A stretch of DNA of 64,000 bases from NCBI GenBank assembly GCA_963708025.1, contig CAVPSB010000013.1, forward strand, positions 96,001-160,000. The letters run 5' to 3'. Made by a program: the position numbers and the translations under genes. Under the pieces are notes generated by a model, which was given only the letters and a program-made list of their open reading frames with translations, was not told the DNA's origin and ran no database searches. Each line of letters opens with the position of its first letter. Position 1 is the stretch's first letter. Shown piece after piece: positions 30,843-40,887 of the stretch. This DNA comes from an uncultured Candidatus Rokubacteria bacterium. GTDB lineage: Bacteria > Methylomirabilota > Methylomirabilia > Rokubacteriales > DASRDR01.

Positions 30843-32050
30843 CCGCCGTCGCCCATGGCCGCGCGGTAGTACCGGGTGAAATACTGGGGGCCGGCCTCCT
30901 GCCCGACGTGCACGCCCTGGACGTGGGCCCGGGACCGGTTGCCACGCTGGGCCAGCTCGCACACGTGCCAGTCCTGGCGGTTCGTCAGGTCCCAGAACTC
31001 GACCGCGTCGCCGGGATCGAAGCCCTCGGCGGCCATCGTCTCCCGCGCGAACAGCCACTCGCAGACGATCCGCGTCCGGTCCGGTCCCGCCGGCCACAGG
31101 GTGTGGGTCAGGACGTAGTCCGGAAAGAAGCTCAGGAGGAAGTTCGGGTAGACGGTGTTGTAATAGACTCGCCGGTGGTCCTCGGGGGTCAGCCCCGGCA
31201 GCGCCGGCCGGCGCGCCGTCCCCTGGACCGTCAGCGTGGCGAAGTCGTCGGCCAGGTCCATCCAGGCGCCGCCGCGCCAGGCCCGCTCGCCCTCCAGGCG
31301 CGCGGCACCGCCGCCGAGGTAGGGCGTCCCGCGGTTCAGCGCCGGGTGGATCAGCGGACAGTGGTAGCACTCGCCGAAATTCTCGACCAGGAGCTTCCAG
31401 TTGGCGGCCACGTCGTACTCGATCCGGTGCGCGCGGCGCAACGCCGGGAGGTCGTAGCGGGCGTAGTAGGTCCAGAGCCCGCCCAGCTCCACCGCGAGGG
31501 GCGGCGGGTCCGTCGCCAGGTTGAGCCACACGAACCCGCCCCACGACGCGGTGTGGACGGGGTACAGGGGGTAGTCGGCCTTCTGGAAGTCCGGCATCCG
31601 CACCATGTACCGCGTCCCCTGGAGCCGGCCGTCGAAGCCGTAGGTCCAGCCGTGGTAGGGGCAGGTGATCCCGTGGCGGGGAAACCGGCCGCTGGCCGCT
31701 TCGCAGAGCACGGTCCCGCGGTGCCGGCACACGTTGTAGAAGGCGCGGACGTCGCCGGTCCGGTCGCGCACGACGATCACGCTCTCGCCGGCCACGTCGC
31801 GCAGCGCGTAGTCTCCCGGCTCCGGCCACTCCTCCTCGCGCCCGGCGCACAGCCACTTCGCGTAGAAGAAGCGCTCCCGCTCCCGCTCGTAGACGGCGGG
31901 GTCCACGTAGTCCCGGCTCGGGAGGCTCGGGGTCGGCCGCCCGAGCACGCGCACGGCGAGGGCCCGGGCCACCGGGGCGCCGCCCTCCGGATCGTCGACG
32001 TCACGGACGACCGGCGCCAGCGGGCGATCCCCGTACGGGTCGCTCATCAC
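30839..32050 (-). CDS. Rieske non-heme iron oxygenase alpha subunit (GbcA/choline monooxygenase-like)
   Basis: NVCRHRG..CPYHGW Rieske ligands; NWKLLVENFGECYHCPLIHP; NRQDWHVCE. Confidence 0.92.
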   Translation of the reverse strand: MMSDPYGDRPLAPVVRDVDDPEGGAPVARALAVRVLGRPTPSLPSRDYVDPAVYERERERFFYAKWLCAGREEEWPEPGDYALRDVAGESVIVVRDRTGDVRAFYNVCRHRGTVLCEAASGRFPRHGITCPYHGWTYGFDGRLQGTRYMVRMPDFQKADYPLYPVHTASWGGFVWLNLATDPPPLAVELGGLWTYYARYDLPALRRAHRIEYDVAANWKLLVENFGECYHCPLIHPALNRGTPYLGGGAARLEGERAWRGGAWMDLADDFATLTVQGTARRPALPGLTPEDHRRVYYNTVYPNFLLSFFPDYVLTHTLWPAGPDRTRIVCEWLFARETMAAEGFDPGDAVEFWDLTNRQDWHVCELAQRGNRSRAHVQGVHVGQEAGPQYFTRYYRAAMGDGG

Positions 32051-32243
32051 GATGCCTCTCCGGTGTCCACCGTTCTCCTCGAGTCTGCCGGCTGGTTTGC
32101 TCGACTGCCGTCACATCGTAGCAGAGAATGCCGGCAGCCGCTGCGCGGGGCCCGTGCTCCGGCACTATGCCGGACAGAGCAGATCAGTCGGGAGCGCCCC
32201 GGACCGCCCCGGCGGTCCACCGGGGCGCTATAATCCGAGCACG

Positions 32244-32530
32244 ATGTCTCCCCGAGCCCCGGACCGCCCGCCGCGGCCCCGCCGGAAGGGGCCGAGAGCG
32301 CGCGTGCCCATCCAGCCCCGGCTCAAGGTCTGGGTCGTCCGGAACGTGCTCAAGGGGAAGGTGACCGACGTGGGGGCGCCACGACCGCGCGCGTCAAGAT
32401 CGACATCGGCGGCGGGAACGTGATCACCGCCAGCATCACCAACGAGGCGGTCGACGAGCTGCGCCTGGCCACCGGCGACACCGCCTACGCCGTGATCAAG
32501 GCGTCCGCCGTCATGATCGGCAAGGACTGA
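32244..32530 (+). CDS. TOBE/Mop molybdate-binding protein, frameshifted, possibly an internally deleted ModE
   Basis: RNVLKGKVTDV then shifted VKIDIGGGNVITASITNEAVDELRLATGDTAYAVIKASAVMIGKD; TATAAT at 32229-32234. Confidence 0.8.
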
Positions 32531-32534
32531 GCCC

Positions 32535-33626
32535 GTGCGCTGCGAGAACGGCGCGGGCTCATCGAGGCCGCGCGCCCGGCGCGGGCTCGTCCGGTCGGCG
32601 CTCGCCCTGGGGCTGGCCCTCCTGCCGGCCCTGGGCCAGGCGGCGGACTCCCGCACGCTGCTGGACGGCGCCGGCCGGCGCGTCGAGGTGCCGCCGCGGG
32701 TCGAGCGCGTGTACGCCGCCGGCGGCCCGGCGACGATCTTCCTGTACGCGCTCGCGCCCGACGCGCTGCTGGGCTGGACCCGGCCGCTCACCCCGGAAGA
32801 GCAGGCCTTCATTCCCGCGCCCTACGCGGGCCTGCCGGTCCTCGGCCGCCTCACCGGCCGGGGCAACACGGCCAGCGTCGAGGTCGTGCTCGCTGCCCGT
32901 CCCCACGTGATCCTCGACTACGGCGTCGTGAACCCGACCTACGTGGCGCTCGCCGATCGCATCCAGCAGCAGACCGGGGTCCCCTACCTGCTCTACGACG
33001 GCAGCCTGTCGGCGATGCCCCGGGCCCTCGAGCAGGCGGGGGACCTGCTGGGCGTCCGCGACCGCGCCGCCCGGCTGGCCCGCTACGCGGAGGGGTTGCT
33101 GCGCGACGTGGATGCCCGCCTGGCCCGAGTCCCGCCCGAGCGGCGCCCGCGCTTCTATTACGCCCGCGGCCCCCGCGGGCTGGAGACCGCGACGAAGGGC
33201 GCGATCAACGTCGAGGGCATCGAGCGGCTCGGCGCGCGGAACGTGGCCGGGGAGCGGCCCGGCTCGCCCGGCACCACCGTGGTCTCCCCGGAGCAGGTCC
33301 TCGGCTGGGACCCGGAGGTCATCATCACGATCGACCCCGCGTTCTTCGCCCGGGTGCGGACGGATCCGGTGTGGCGGGACGTCCGGGCGGTGCGCGACGG
33401 CCGCGTCCACCTGGTGCCCCAGGACCCGTTCCCCTGGGTGGACTTCCCGCCGTCCGTCAACCGGCTCATCGGCCTTCGATGGCTCGGCCGCGTCCTCTAC
33501 CCGGACCTGTTCCCGGAGGACCTCCGGCAGGAGACGCGGACCTTCTACGCCCTCTTCTATCACCGGGCGCCCGACGACCGGCAGCTCGACGCCCTCCTGG
33601 CCGGGATCGAGCGGGGCCGCCCCTGA
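32535..33626 (+). CDS. FecB/BtuF-family (type II ABC) substrate-binding protein
   Basis: DGAGRRVEVP..VERVYAAG, VSPEQVLGWDPEVII, PFPWVDFPPSVNR. Confidence 0.88.
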   Translation: MRCENGAGSSRPRARRGLVRSALALGLALLPALGQAADSRTLLDGAGRRVEVPPRVERVYAAGGPATIFLYALAPDALLGWTRPLTPEEQAFIPAPYAGLPVLGRLTGRGNTASVEVVLAARPHVILDYGVVNPTYVALADRIQQQTGVPYLLYDGSLSAMPRALEQAGDLLGVRDRAARLARYAEGLLRDVDARLARVPPERRPRFYYARGPRGLETATKGAINVEGIERLGARNVAGERPGSPGTTVVSPEQVLGWDPEVIITIDPAFFARVRTDPVWRDVRAVRDGRVHLVPQDPFPWVDFPPSVNRLIGLRWLGRVLYPDLFPEDLRQETRTFYALFYHRAPDDRQLDALLAGIERGRP

Positions 33627-33688
33627 CGGCCCCGGAAGGGCAGCCCGCACCCTCCGCGGCGGGTCGCAGACCGACCGTCGGCTTCGCC

Positions 33689-34672
33689 GTGGCGGCCGGC
33701 GCACTCGTCGCCCTGGTCGTGGTCGCCTTCGCGGTGGGTCGCTTCCCGGTGGCGCCGGCGGATCTCCTCCGGCTCCTGTGGGCCAAGCTCGTCGGCGCGC
33801 CGCACGGGCTCCCCCCGACCCTGGAGACCGTGGTCTTCCGGGTCCGGGGCCCGCGGGTGCTCGCCGGCATCGCCGTCGGGAGCGCCCTGGCCGCGGCCGG
33901 CGCTGCCTACCAGGGCCTCTTCCGCAATCCCCTCGTCTCCCCCGACATCCTGGGCGTCTCCTCGGGGGCGGCGCTGGGGGCGGCCCTCGGGATCTACTTC
34001 TCGCTCGGCGTCGCCGGCATCCAGGGGCTGGCCTTCGCCCTGGGCCTCGTCGCCGTGGTCGTCGTCTACGCGATCGGCACCGCGCTCGGGCGGCACGACC
34101 CCGTGCTCGTCCTCGTCCTGGCCGGCGTGGTGATCGGGACGCTGCTGGGCTCGTGCGTGTCGCTGCTCAAGTACCTCGCCGATCCCTACAACCAGCTGCC
34201 GGCGATCACCTTCTGGCTCCTGGGCAGCCTCTCGGCCGTGACCGCGACCGACGTGCTCGCCGTCCTCCCGGCGGTCGTGGCGGGACTGGCGCCCCTCTAC
34301 CTCCTCCGGTGGCGCATGAACGTGATGACGCTCAGCGAGGACGAGGCGCGGGCGCTGGGCGTGGACACCCGGCGGGTGCGCCAGGTCGTCATCGGGGCGG
34401 CGACGCTGATGACCGCCGCCGCCGTGTCCATCAGCGGCGTCGTCGGCTGGATCGGCCTCCTCGTCCCGCACGTGGCGCGCCTGCTCGTCGGTCCCGACTT
34501 CCGGCGCCTCCTGCCGGCGTCGATGCTCCTGGGCGCCGGCTACCTGCTCGGGGTCGACACCCTCGCCCGGACGCTGGCCCCCATCGAGATCCCCCTCGGC
34601 GTCCTCACCGCCTTCCTCGGCGCCCCGGTGTTCGTGTGGCTCCTAGCAGCCTCGCGAAGGACCTGGTCGTAG
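33689..34672 (+). CDS. FecCD-family ABC permease (start uncertain)
   Basis: YQGLFRNPLVSPDILGVSSGA, GVVGWIGLLVPH, EIPLG. Confidence 0.92.
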   Translation: MAAGALVALVVVAFAVGRFPVAPADLLRLLWAKLVGAPHGLPPTLETVVFRVRGPRVLAGIAVGSALAAAGAAYQGLFRNPLVSPDILGVSSGAALGAALGIYFSLGVAGIQGLAFALGLVAVVVVYAIGTALGRHDPVLVLVLAGVVIGTLLGSCVSLLKYLADPYNQLPAITFWLLGSLSAVTATDVLAVLPAVVAGLAPLYLLRWRMNVMTLSEDEARALGVDTRRVRQVVIGAATLMTAAAVSISGVVGWIGLLVPHVARLLVGPDFRRLLPASMLLGAGYLLGVDTLARTLAPIEIPLGVLTAFLGAPVFVWLLAASRRTWS

Positions 34673-34674
34673 CG

Positions 34675-35466
34675 ATGCGGCTCGAGGTGGAGCGGCTCGC
34701 CTTCGGGTATCCCGGTCGGCCCGTGGGCGCCGACGTGAGCTTCAGCCTCGAGCCCGGCGAGGTCCTGTGCTGGCTGGGGCCGAACGGCGGGGGCAAGACG
34801 ACGCTGCTCCGAACGATCCTGCGCCTGCTGGAGCCGCGCGGCGGCACCGTCCGCGTCGGCGGGGAGTCCGTCGCGCGCTGGTCGCGGACCCGCCTGGCCC
34901 GGGTCTTCGGCTACGTCCCTCAGGCGCAGGTGGGGGGCTTCCCCTTCACCGTCCGCGAGGTCGTGCTGATGGGGCGGACCGCCCACTTCGGGGTCTTCGC
35001 GAGCCCCTCGGGGCACGACCGTGCGGTGGCCGACGAGACCCTGTCCGCGCTCGGGATCCTGCCGCTGGCCGACCGCCCCTACACCGAGCTCAGCGGCGGC
35101 GAGCGGCAGCTCGCGCTCGTCGCCCGGGCCCTCGCCCAGGAGCCGCGCATCTTGATCATGGACGAGCCCACCGCGAGCCTGGACTTCGGCAACCAGGTCC
35201 GGGTCCTCGCCCACGTCCAGGCCCTGGCCGCGCGCGGCATCGCGGTGATGCTCTCCACGCACGACCCGGATCAGGCGTTCCTGTGCGCGCACCAGGTGGC
35301 GGTGCTCAACCAGGGCCGCCTGGCCGGGCTCGGACCGCCCACCGCCGTGATCACGCCGGAGACGCTGCGCGCCCTCTACGGCATCGAGGTCGAACGTCGT
35401 GACCCACGAGCGACCCGACGGCGGCGCGGTCCGGGTGTGCCTGCCTACCCTGGCGACCCGGTATGA
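34675..35466 (+). CDS. ABC ATP-binding protein (FepC-like); probable indel near 35395
   Basis: GPNGGGKTT, LSGGERQ, MDEPTASLD, STHDP. Confidence 0.92.
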   Translation: MRLEVERLAFGYPGRPVGADVSFSLEPGEVLCWLGPNGGGKTTLLRTILRLLEPRGGTVRVGGESVARWSRTRLARVFGYVPQAQVGGFPFTVREVVLMGRTAHFGVFASPSGHDRAVADETLSALGILPLADRPYTELSGGERQLALVARALAQEPRILIMDEPTASLDFGNQVRVLAHVQALAARGIAVMLSTHDPDQAFLCAHQVAVLNQGRLAGLGPPTAVITPETLRALYGIEVERRDPRATRRRRGPGVPAYPGDPV

Positions 35467-35589
35467 CGACGGTCGTCCCCCTCGCTGAGGGCGGAAGCCG
35501 TCAGGTCAACGAGCCGGGCACCCCCCCACCCGTGGCGCCGCGGGTAAGCCCGTCGTGTTAGGCTTCATCGAGGCTGCTCGATCGCGCGC

Positions 35590-35848
35590 TCAGCCACGCC
35601 CCCCGTGGGTGTGGGGGCCGGCGCCCGACCCGTGACTGTGCCCATGGTGGGACCAGCCGCGCGGTCGAGCCGGCGGCGCGGAGCGCTCGCCGGCGCCCGG
35701 CTTGGAGAAGGTCATGGGCATCGTGAAGCAGCGCTGGCTCTCGGCCCCGTTCAACGGGGCAGAAGGCGGGATCGGTGGCCTGGGCGATGGGACGCGACAC
35801 CTCGAACTCGAGCCCGCAGCGGCTGCAGCGGAAGTCGTAGAGCGCCAT
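35590..35848 (-). CDS. FmdB-family zinc ribbon protein with His-rich tail, frameshift near 35753
   Basis: MALYDFRCSRCG.EFE...CP; shifted frame ends WSHHGHSHGSGAGPHTH. Confidence 0.75.
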
Positions 35849-35936
35849 GGCGTCGGTCGAGACCTCCTCTCCTGGTCAGACACCCACCCTTCCCCAGCAG
35901 GGTGACGCGACCATCGTACCCCACCCGGAGGAAGCC

Positions 35937-36602
35937 GTGTCCACTCGCGTGCTCCTCGTGTCCCCGGCCGAGCTGCCGTTCACGATCCTGGACGACTGGC
36001 GCGCCCAGTGCGGCTCGCTGGCGGAGTTCCTCGGAAGCCCCGTGGAGCTGTGGCGTCTCGACGGCGGGCCGGAGCCCGAGGGGTGGCTCGCCGACGCCCT
36101 GCGCGGACTGTCCGCCGAGCGGGTGGAGGTCATCCCGCCCCGTGGGTCCGCCTCGGCCGCGCCGATGTCCGCGGCGCCGTTCCTGTGGCGCCCGGACGGC
36201 CGTCCCGACTGGGGGGCGATGTGGAGCAGCTTCTGCGAGCTGGCGCTCTTCGGGGGGCCTCCGCACCGGGGACCCGAGAGCGCCCTGGTCGCGGTCACGG
36301 ACGGCGGCCAGGCGAGGGACGGCGGCGCGGTCGAGGAGATCCGGCGGGGCATCTGGGAGACGACCGGGCTCTACTCCGAGCCGGCGGGGCCCGGCTGGCT
36401 CGCCGTCACCTGCGACTCGCCCCGGATGGCGGCCTGGCTGTGCGCCACGATCATTCTCGAGAACGTGGCCGCCCGCTGCGACGAGGAGCGGCTCCTGGTC
36501 CCGGCCGATCTCGGCTTCACGCTGGAGGACCAGGTGAAGAGCGTCATCACTGTCGTCGCCAAGACGCACCACTACTGGAGCGCGCACGTCGCCGGGAGCT
36601 GA
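35937..36602 (+). CDS. Hypothetical protein with Cys/His motifs
   Basis: GGAGGA RBS, GC-skewed codon usage; MWSSFCELALFGGPPHRG and VAKTHHYW motifs. Confidence 0.7.
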   Translation: MSTRVLLVSPAELPFTILDDWRAQCGSLAEFLGSPVELWRLDGGPEPEGWLADALRGLSAERVEVIPPRGSASAAPMSAAPFLWRPDGRPDWGAMWSSFCELALFGGPPHRGPESALVAVTDGGQARDGGAVEEIRRGIWETTGLYSEPAGPGWLAVTCDSPRMAAWLCATIILENVAARCDEERLLVPADLGFTLEDQVKSVITVVAKTHHYWSAHVAGS

Positions 36603-36638
36603 CCCGGCGGTTCACCTCGAGCCAGAGGAGAACAGGCG

Positions 36639-37979
36639 ATGGAACGTGATGCCCGGGGCGTGCCGGTCTCGTGCTCCGACCGGTCGGCGCTGGATCTCTA
36701 CGAGAAGGCCCTGGTCCAGTACCAGAGCTACGTCGGCGATCCGATCGCCACCATCGACGAGGCCCTGACCCGCGCGCCGGACTTCGTCCTGGGCCACGCG
36801 TTCCGGGCGACGGTGCTGATGACGCTGACCGAGCGGCGCTTCGCCGAGCAGGCCCGGGCCAGCGTCGGCCTCGGCGGAGGCCCACCTGTCCCAGGCCGGC
36901 TCCCGCGAGCAGGGACTGGTGGCGGCGGCCCGCCAGCTGGTGGACGGCGACTGGGACGCGGCCTGCGCCGCGTTCGACCGGGTGCTCGTCGACCATCCGC
37001 GCGACGCGTTCGCGATCCAGTCGGCCCACGTGATGGACTTCTTCCGGGGCGACGCCCTCAACCTGCGCAACCGCGTCTCGCGCGTGCTGCCTCACTGGAG
37101 CCCCGGGGTGCCGGGCTACTCCTACATCCTGGGGATGCACGCCTTCGGCCTCGAGGAGTGCAACCAGTACCCGGAGGCGGAGGAGGCCGGCCGCCGGGCC
37201 CTGGCCCTCCAGCCGAAGGACGGCTGGGCGGTGCACGCGGTGACCCACGTCATGGAGATGCAGGGGCGCATCGACGAGGGCATCGCGTGGCTGGAGTCGC
37301 GCGAGGGGGACTGGGCGCCCGACAACGGGTTCGCCTTCCACAACTACTGGCACCTCGCGCTCTACTACCTCGACCGGCAGCGGTACGACCAGGTGCTGGC
37401 GCTCTACGACACCCGGCTGCACGCCGCGCCGCCGGAGTACGCGCTCCAGCTGCTGGACGCCACCGCCCTGCTCTGGCGGCTGTACCTGGACGGGGTGGAC
37501 GTCGGCGGCCGGGCCGGGGCCCTGGCCGACAACTGGGCCGGCCGGCTGGAGGCGGAGCGGGGCTTCTACGCCTTCAACGACATGCACGCCATGATGGCCT
37601 TCACGATGGCGGGGCGCGAGCCCGAGGCGGCCCGGCTCCTGGACGACCTGGAGTGGACGGCGAAGAGCGGTACCGGCACCAACGTGATGATGACGCGCGA
37701 GGTCGGGCTTGCCGGTCTGCCGGGCGATCCAGGCGTTCGGGCGCGACCGCTACGCCGAGGCCGCCCGCCACATCGAGCCCGTGCGCGACACCGCCGCCCG
37801 CTTCGGCGGCAGCCACGCCCAGCGCGACGTGCTGACGCTCACCGCTGATCGAGGCCGCCCTCCGCGGCGGGCAGCCCGCGCTGGCCCGGCACTACATCGC
37901 CGAGCGCACCGTGCACAAGCCGGCCAGCGCCTGGGGCTGGCGACTCCTGGCCCGGGCGACCCCGCGGCCCGGGAGGTGA
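36639..37979 (+). CDS. TTC38-like tetratricopeptide repeat protein, about three frameshifts
   Basis: GMHAFGLEE, WAVHAVTHVMEM, HNYWHLAL, DATALLWRL, GGSHAQRD. Confidence 0.85.
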
Positions 37980-37987
37980 CCACCGAG

Positions 37988-38790
37988 TCAGCGGGACGCG
38001 CGTGATCTGAGAGCCCCGGGGGACTTCCACAGCTCCTCCCCGCCCCTCAGGCTCGGCACGAAGAACAGCGTCCCGTTGACGTCGGTCAACCGGGTGGGGC
38101 CCGAGCTGCAGTTCGGGGTGCAGATGTCCTTCACCCGCACCGTGCCGGTCTCCGTCCCGTCGCTCCGCCACAGCTCCCGGTCCTGGGCACTGTCCACGGC
38201 GGTGAAGAAGAGCATGCCGTTCACGTTCGTCAGGCTTCCCGGGAACGAGCTACAGCTTCCGGAGCAGATGTCCTTGACCCGAACGGTCCCCGCCTCCGTC
38301 CCGTCGCTCTTCCAGAGCTCCCGGCCTCCGGTGTCGTCGGTGGCCGCGAAGAAGAGCGCCCCGTTGACCGCCGTCAGACCGCCGGGCTCGGAGCTGAAGC
38401 GGGCGCGGATGTCCTTGACGAGGACTGTGCCCGCCGCCGTCCCGTCGCTCCGCCACAGCTCCGCGTCGTGCGCGCCGTCGCTGGCCGTGAAGAACAACGT
38501 CCCGTTGACGTCGGTCAGCAAGGCGGGGCGTGAGGTACAGGGCCCCGGACAGATGTCCTTGACCCGGACGGTCCCCGCCTCCGTCCCGTCGCTCCGCCAC
38601 AGCTCCCGGTCCCCGTCAGCGCCGGCCGCAGTGAAGAACAGCGTGACGCCGACGATGGCCCGACGCCTGGCGCTCGGGTCGGGGTTGGTCTGGACGTGGT
38701 CGGAGTCGCTCCGGGCCGGCGGCGCCGAGCGAGGGATCGCGCAGGCTGGGAGCTGAGGCGCGAACAACCCGGCGATGGCGAGGTGCCGGC
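37988..38790 (-). CDS. ELWxxDGT repeat protein (start uncertain)
   Basis: Four ELW(R/K)SDGT repeats of about 49 aa with VKDI and VNG.LFF, plus a partial fifth. Confidence 0.85.
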
Positions 38791-38904
38791 CCCGAGGGCG
38801 AAGGGATCGGCGCGCGTGTCCCGGGCGATCAGCCGGCAGAGGACCCCTTCCGGTGCGCCGGGTCCTGGCCGCCCGGGCCGACTGCGCGGACGACGACTGG
38901 ACGC

Positions 38905-40338
38905 TCAGCGCGCGACCGGCGGCTTGCGGTCGAACCACGGGCGCGCCTTCTCGAGCTGGGCCGCCAGACGGAAGAGCGTCGCCTCGTCGCCGTAGCGGGC
39001 GACGAGCTGGACCGACAGCGGGAAGCCGTCCGAGGTCTGCGAGAGCGGGAGCACGATCGCCGGCTGGCCGGTGATGTTGAACCACACCGTGAACGGCGAG
39101 AAGTGGAAGACCCGGCGCCAGTACTCGTGCACGTCCTCCATCATCATGTCGATCCAGCCGAGCCGGGGCGGCACCGTCGCCAGCGCGGGCGTCAGCAGCA
39201 CATCGCAGCTCTGGTGGAACGCCGCCATCTGGCGGCCGAGGCGATGCGCGGTCTGGGTCGCCCGCACGTAGTCGGCCGACGTGATCTTCTCGCCGAGCTC
39301 CGCGGTCGCGAACGTGACGTTCTCGACCTCCCCGCGCCGGGCCGGGCGGCCCTTGGTCGGGTGACTCGCGAGGTTCACGACCGTGTTGGCGGAGGCGAGC
39401 GTGAGGAACGTCGGCACCACCGCCGCCCCGTCGATCTTCGGGGCCGCTTCGTCCACGCGATGGCCGAGGTCCCCGCAGAGCGCCGCGACCTCCCTGAGCG
39501 CGCGCAAACACTCCGCCTCGACCGGGGCCCCGTTGGGCGTGACGCTCGTGAAGGCGATCCGCAGCGCTCCGGGATCCGCCCCGACTTCCGAGAGGAACGG
39601 TCGCGCCGGCGGCGGCGCGACGTACGGATCGCCGGGGCCGGCGCCGGCGGTGGCGTCGAGCAGCGCCGCGCAGTCACGGACCGAGAGGGTGACGGCATGC
39701 TCGGTCGAGAGGCCGCCGAGACCCTCGCCCGCGTAGGGCGACATCGTGTTCCGCGAGCGCGTCGGCTTCAGGCCGACGATGCCGCAGCACGACGCGGGGG
39801 CCCGGATCGAGCCGAAGCCGTCCGAGGCGTGCGCCATCGGCAGCATGCGCGCGCCGACCGCCGCCGCGGCGCCACCGCTCGATCCGCCCGAGATTCGGGT
39901 CGTGTCCCAGGGACTCCTCGTCGCGCCGTAGAGCTGCGGCTCGCACGTGAGCGACAGCCCGACCTCGCACGAGTTGGTGCGGCCGAAGATCACCAGGCCG
40001 GCGCGCTTGAGCCGGCGCACGTGCTCGCTGTCTTCCGCCACCGGCGGCGCATCCGCGAAGAACCGCGACCCGCGCGTCACGCGAACCCCGGCCAGCCATC
40101 CGCCGAGGTCCTTCAGGAGAAACGGGACGCCGCGGAACGGCCCCTCCGGCAGCCCGTCGGCGATCGCCTTCCGGGCATGGTCGTACAGCGGCATCACGAC
40201 CGCGTTGACAGCGCCGTTGCGCCCCTCGACGCGCTCGATGGCGGCGGCCAGCAGCTCGTCGGGGGTGACGAGCTTCTGGCGCACGAGCTCGGCGAGCCCG
40301 AGGGCATCGTAGGCTTCGAAGTCGGCGAATCCGGTCAC
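38905..40338 (-). CDS. Amidase signature family enzyme (alternative start 40365)
   Basis: [34 protein letters not shown]. Confidence 0.93.
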   Translation of the reverse strand: MTGFADFEAYDALGLAELVRQKLVTPDELLAAAIERVEGRNGAVNAVVMPLYDHARKAIADGLPEGPFRGVPFLLKDLGGWLAGVRVTRGSRFFADAPPVAEDSEHVRRLKRAGLVIFGRTNSCEVGLSLTCEPQLYGATRSPWDTTRISGGSSGGAAAAVGARMLPMAHASDGFGSIRAPASCCGIVGLKPTRSRNTMSPYAGEGLGGLSTEHAVTLSVRDCAALLDATAGAGPGDPYVAPPPARPFLSEVGADPGALRIAFTSVTPNGAPVEAECLRALREVAALCGDLGHRVDEAAPKIDGAAVVPTFLTLASANTVVNLASHPTKGRPARRGEVENVTFATAELGEKITSADYVRATQTAHRLGRQMAAFHQSCDVLLTPALATVPPRLGWIDMMMEDVHEYWRRVFHFSPFTVWFNITGQPAIVLPLSQTSDGFPLSVQLVARYGDEATLFRLAAQLEKARPWFDRKPPVAR

Positions 40339-40442
40339 GCCGCGCCTCGTGGGGCGATCCGCCATGTGCGCGCGCGGCGCCTCGTGGCGAGGTCATGGGT
40401 CAGCGCGATCTCGCCGAAGAACCGGTCGTAGTCGAATGCCAT
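40335..40442 (-). other. 35-aa upstream ORF coupled to the amidase, possible deletion scar
   Basis: [47 protein letters not shown] overlap with amidase start. Confidence 0.4.
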
Positions 40443-40849
40443 GCTTCCTCCCCGTGCGAGGATAGTCTAGCATCGCGGCGAAGTCCGGTGGCCATCCGCC
40501 CGGGGCGGCGGCGGGCCACCCCGGCCGCGTCCGGGAAGGGCAGTCGCCCCTCGTTCCGCCAGCTCCGCACCTCGGGTTTCAGCGGCGCTCGTCCGGTTCG
40601 CGTCCAGTCCGCTGTCGCGGCCGAAGTTTTGCGGACAAGCCCATCCGAGTCGGCGACTTCCTCCGGTATGGAGCCGGAATCGGGACCGTCCCCCTGTGCC
40701 AGGAGACGGTGGATCGCGCCGTTCAGCGACGATGCTCCGAATTCGACAAGCGCGCGCGTGCCGACTCCGGGTGAATCCGCCTCGGCCGAGGCCCGGGGAC
40801 CTCCGGCCGGGCCGCGCGGCGCCCTCCCCCACCCGAGTCGAGTTGCGAC

Positions 40850-40887
40850 TTGTGAACGCGAGCCTCGGATCATACAATATCCAATAT
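40850..40887 (+). promoter_or_regulatory. Sigma-70 promoter of TA operon, likely leaderless, with CAATAT direct repeat
   Basis: TTGTGA(40850)-N17-TACAAT(40873); ATG at 40886; CAATAT at 40875 and 40882. Confidence 0.65.

Noticed and set aside
32051-32243. Cobalamin or Moco riboswitch upstream of the FecBCD-like transporter
   Set aside because: No B12-box recognised, and the TATAAT next to the ATG leaves no room for a leader.
38025-38640. Periodic nucleotide repeats resembling an array
   Set aside because: They are the in-frame ELWxxDGT coding repeats, not CRISPR; no cas genes or repeat-spacer structure were seen in the window.
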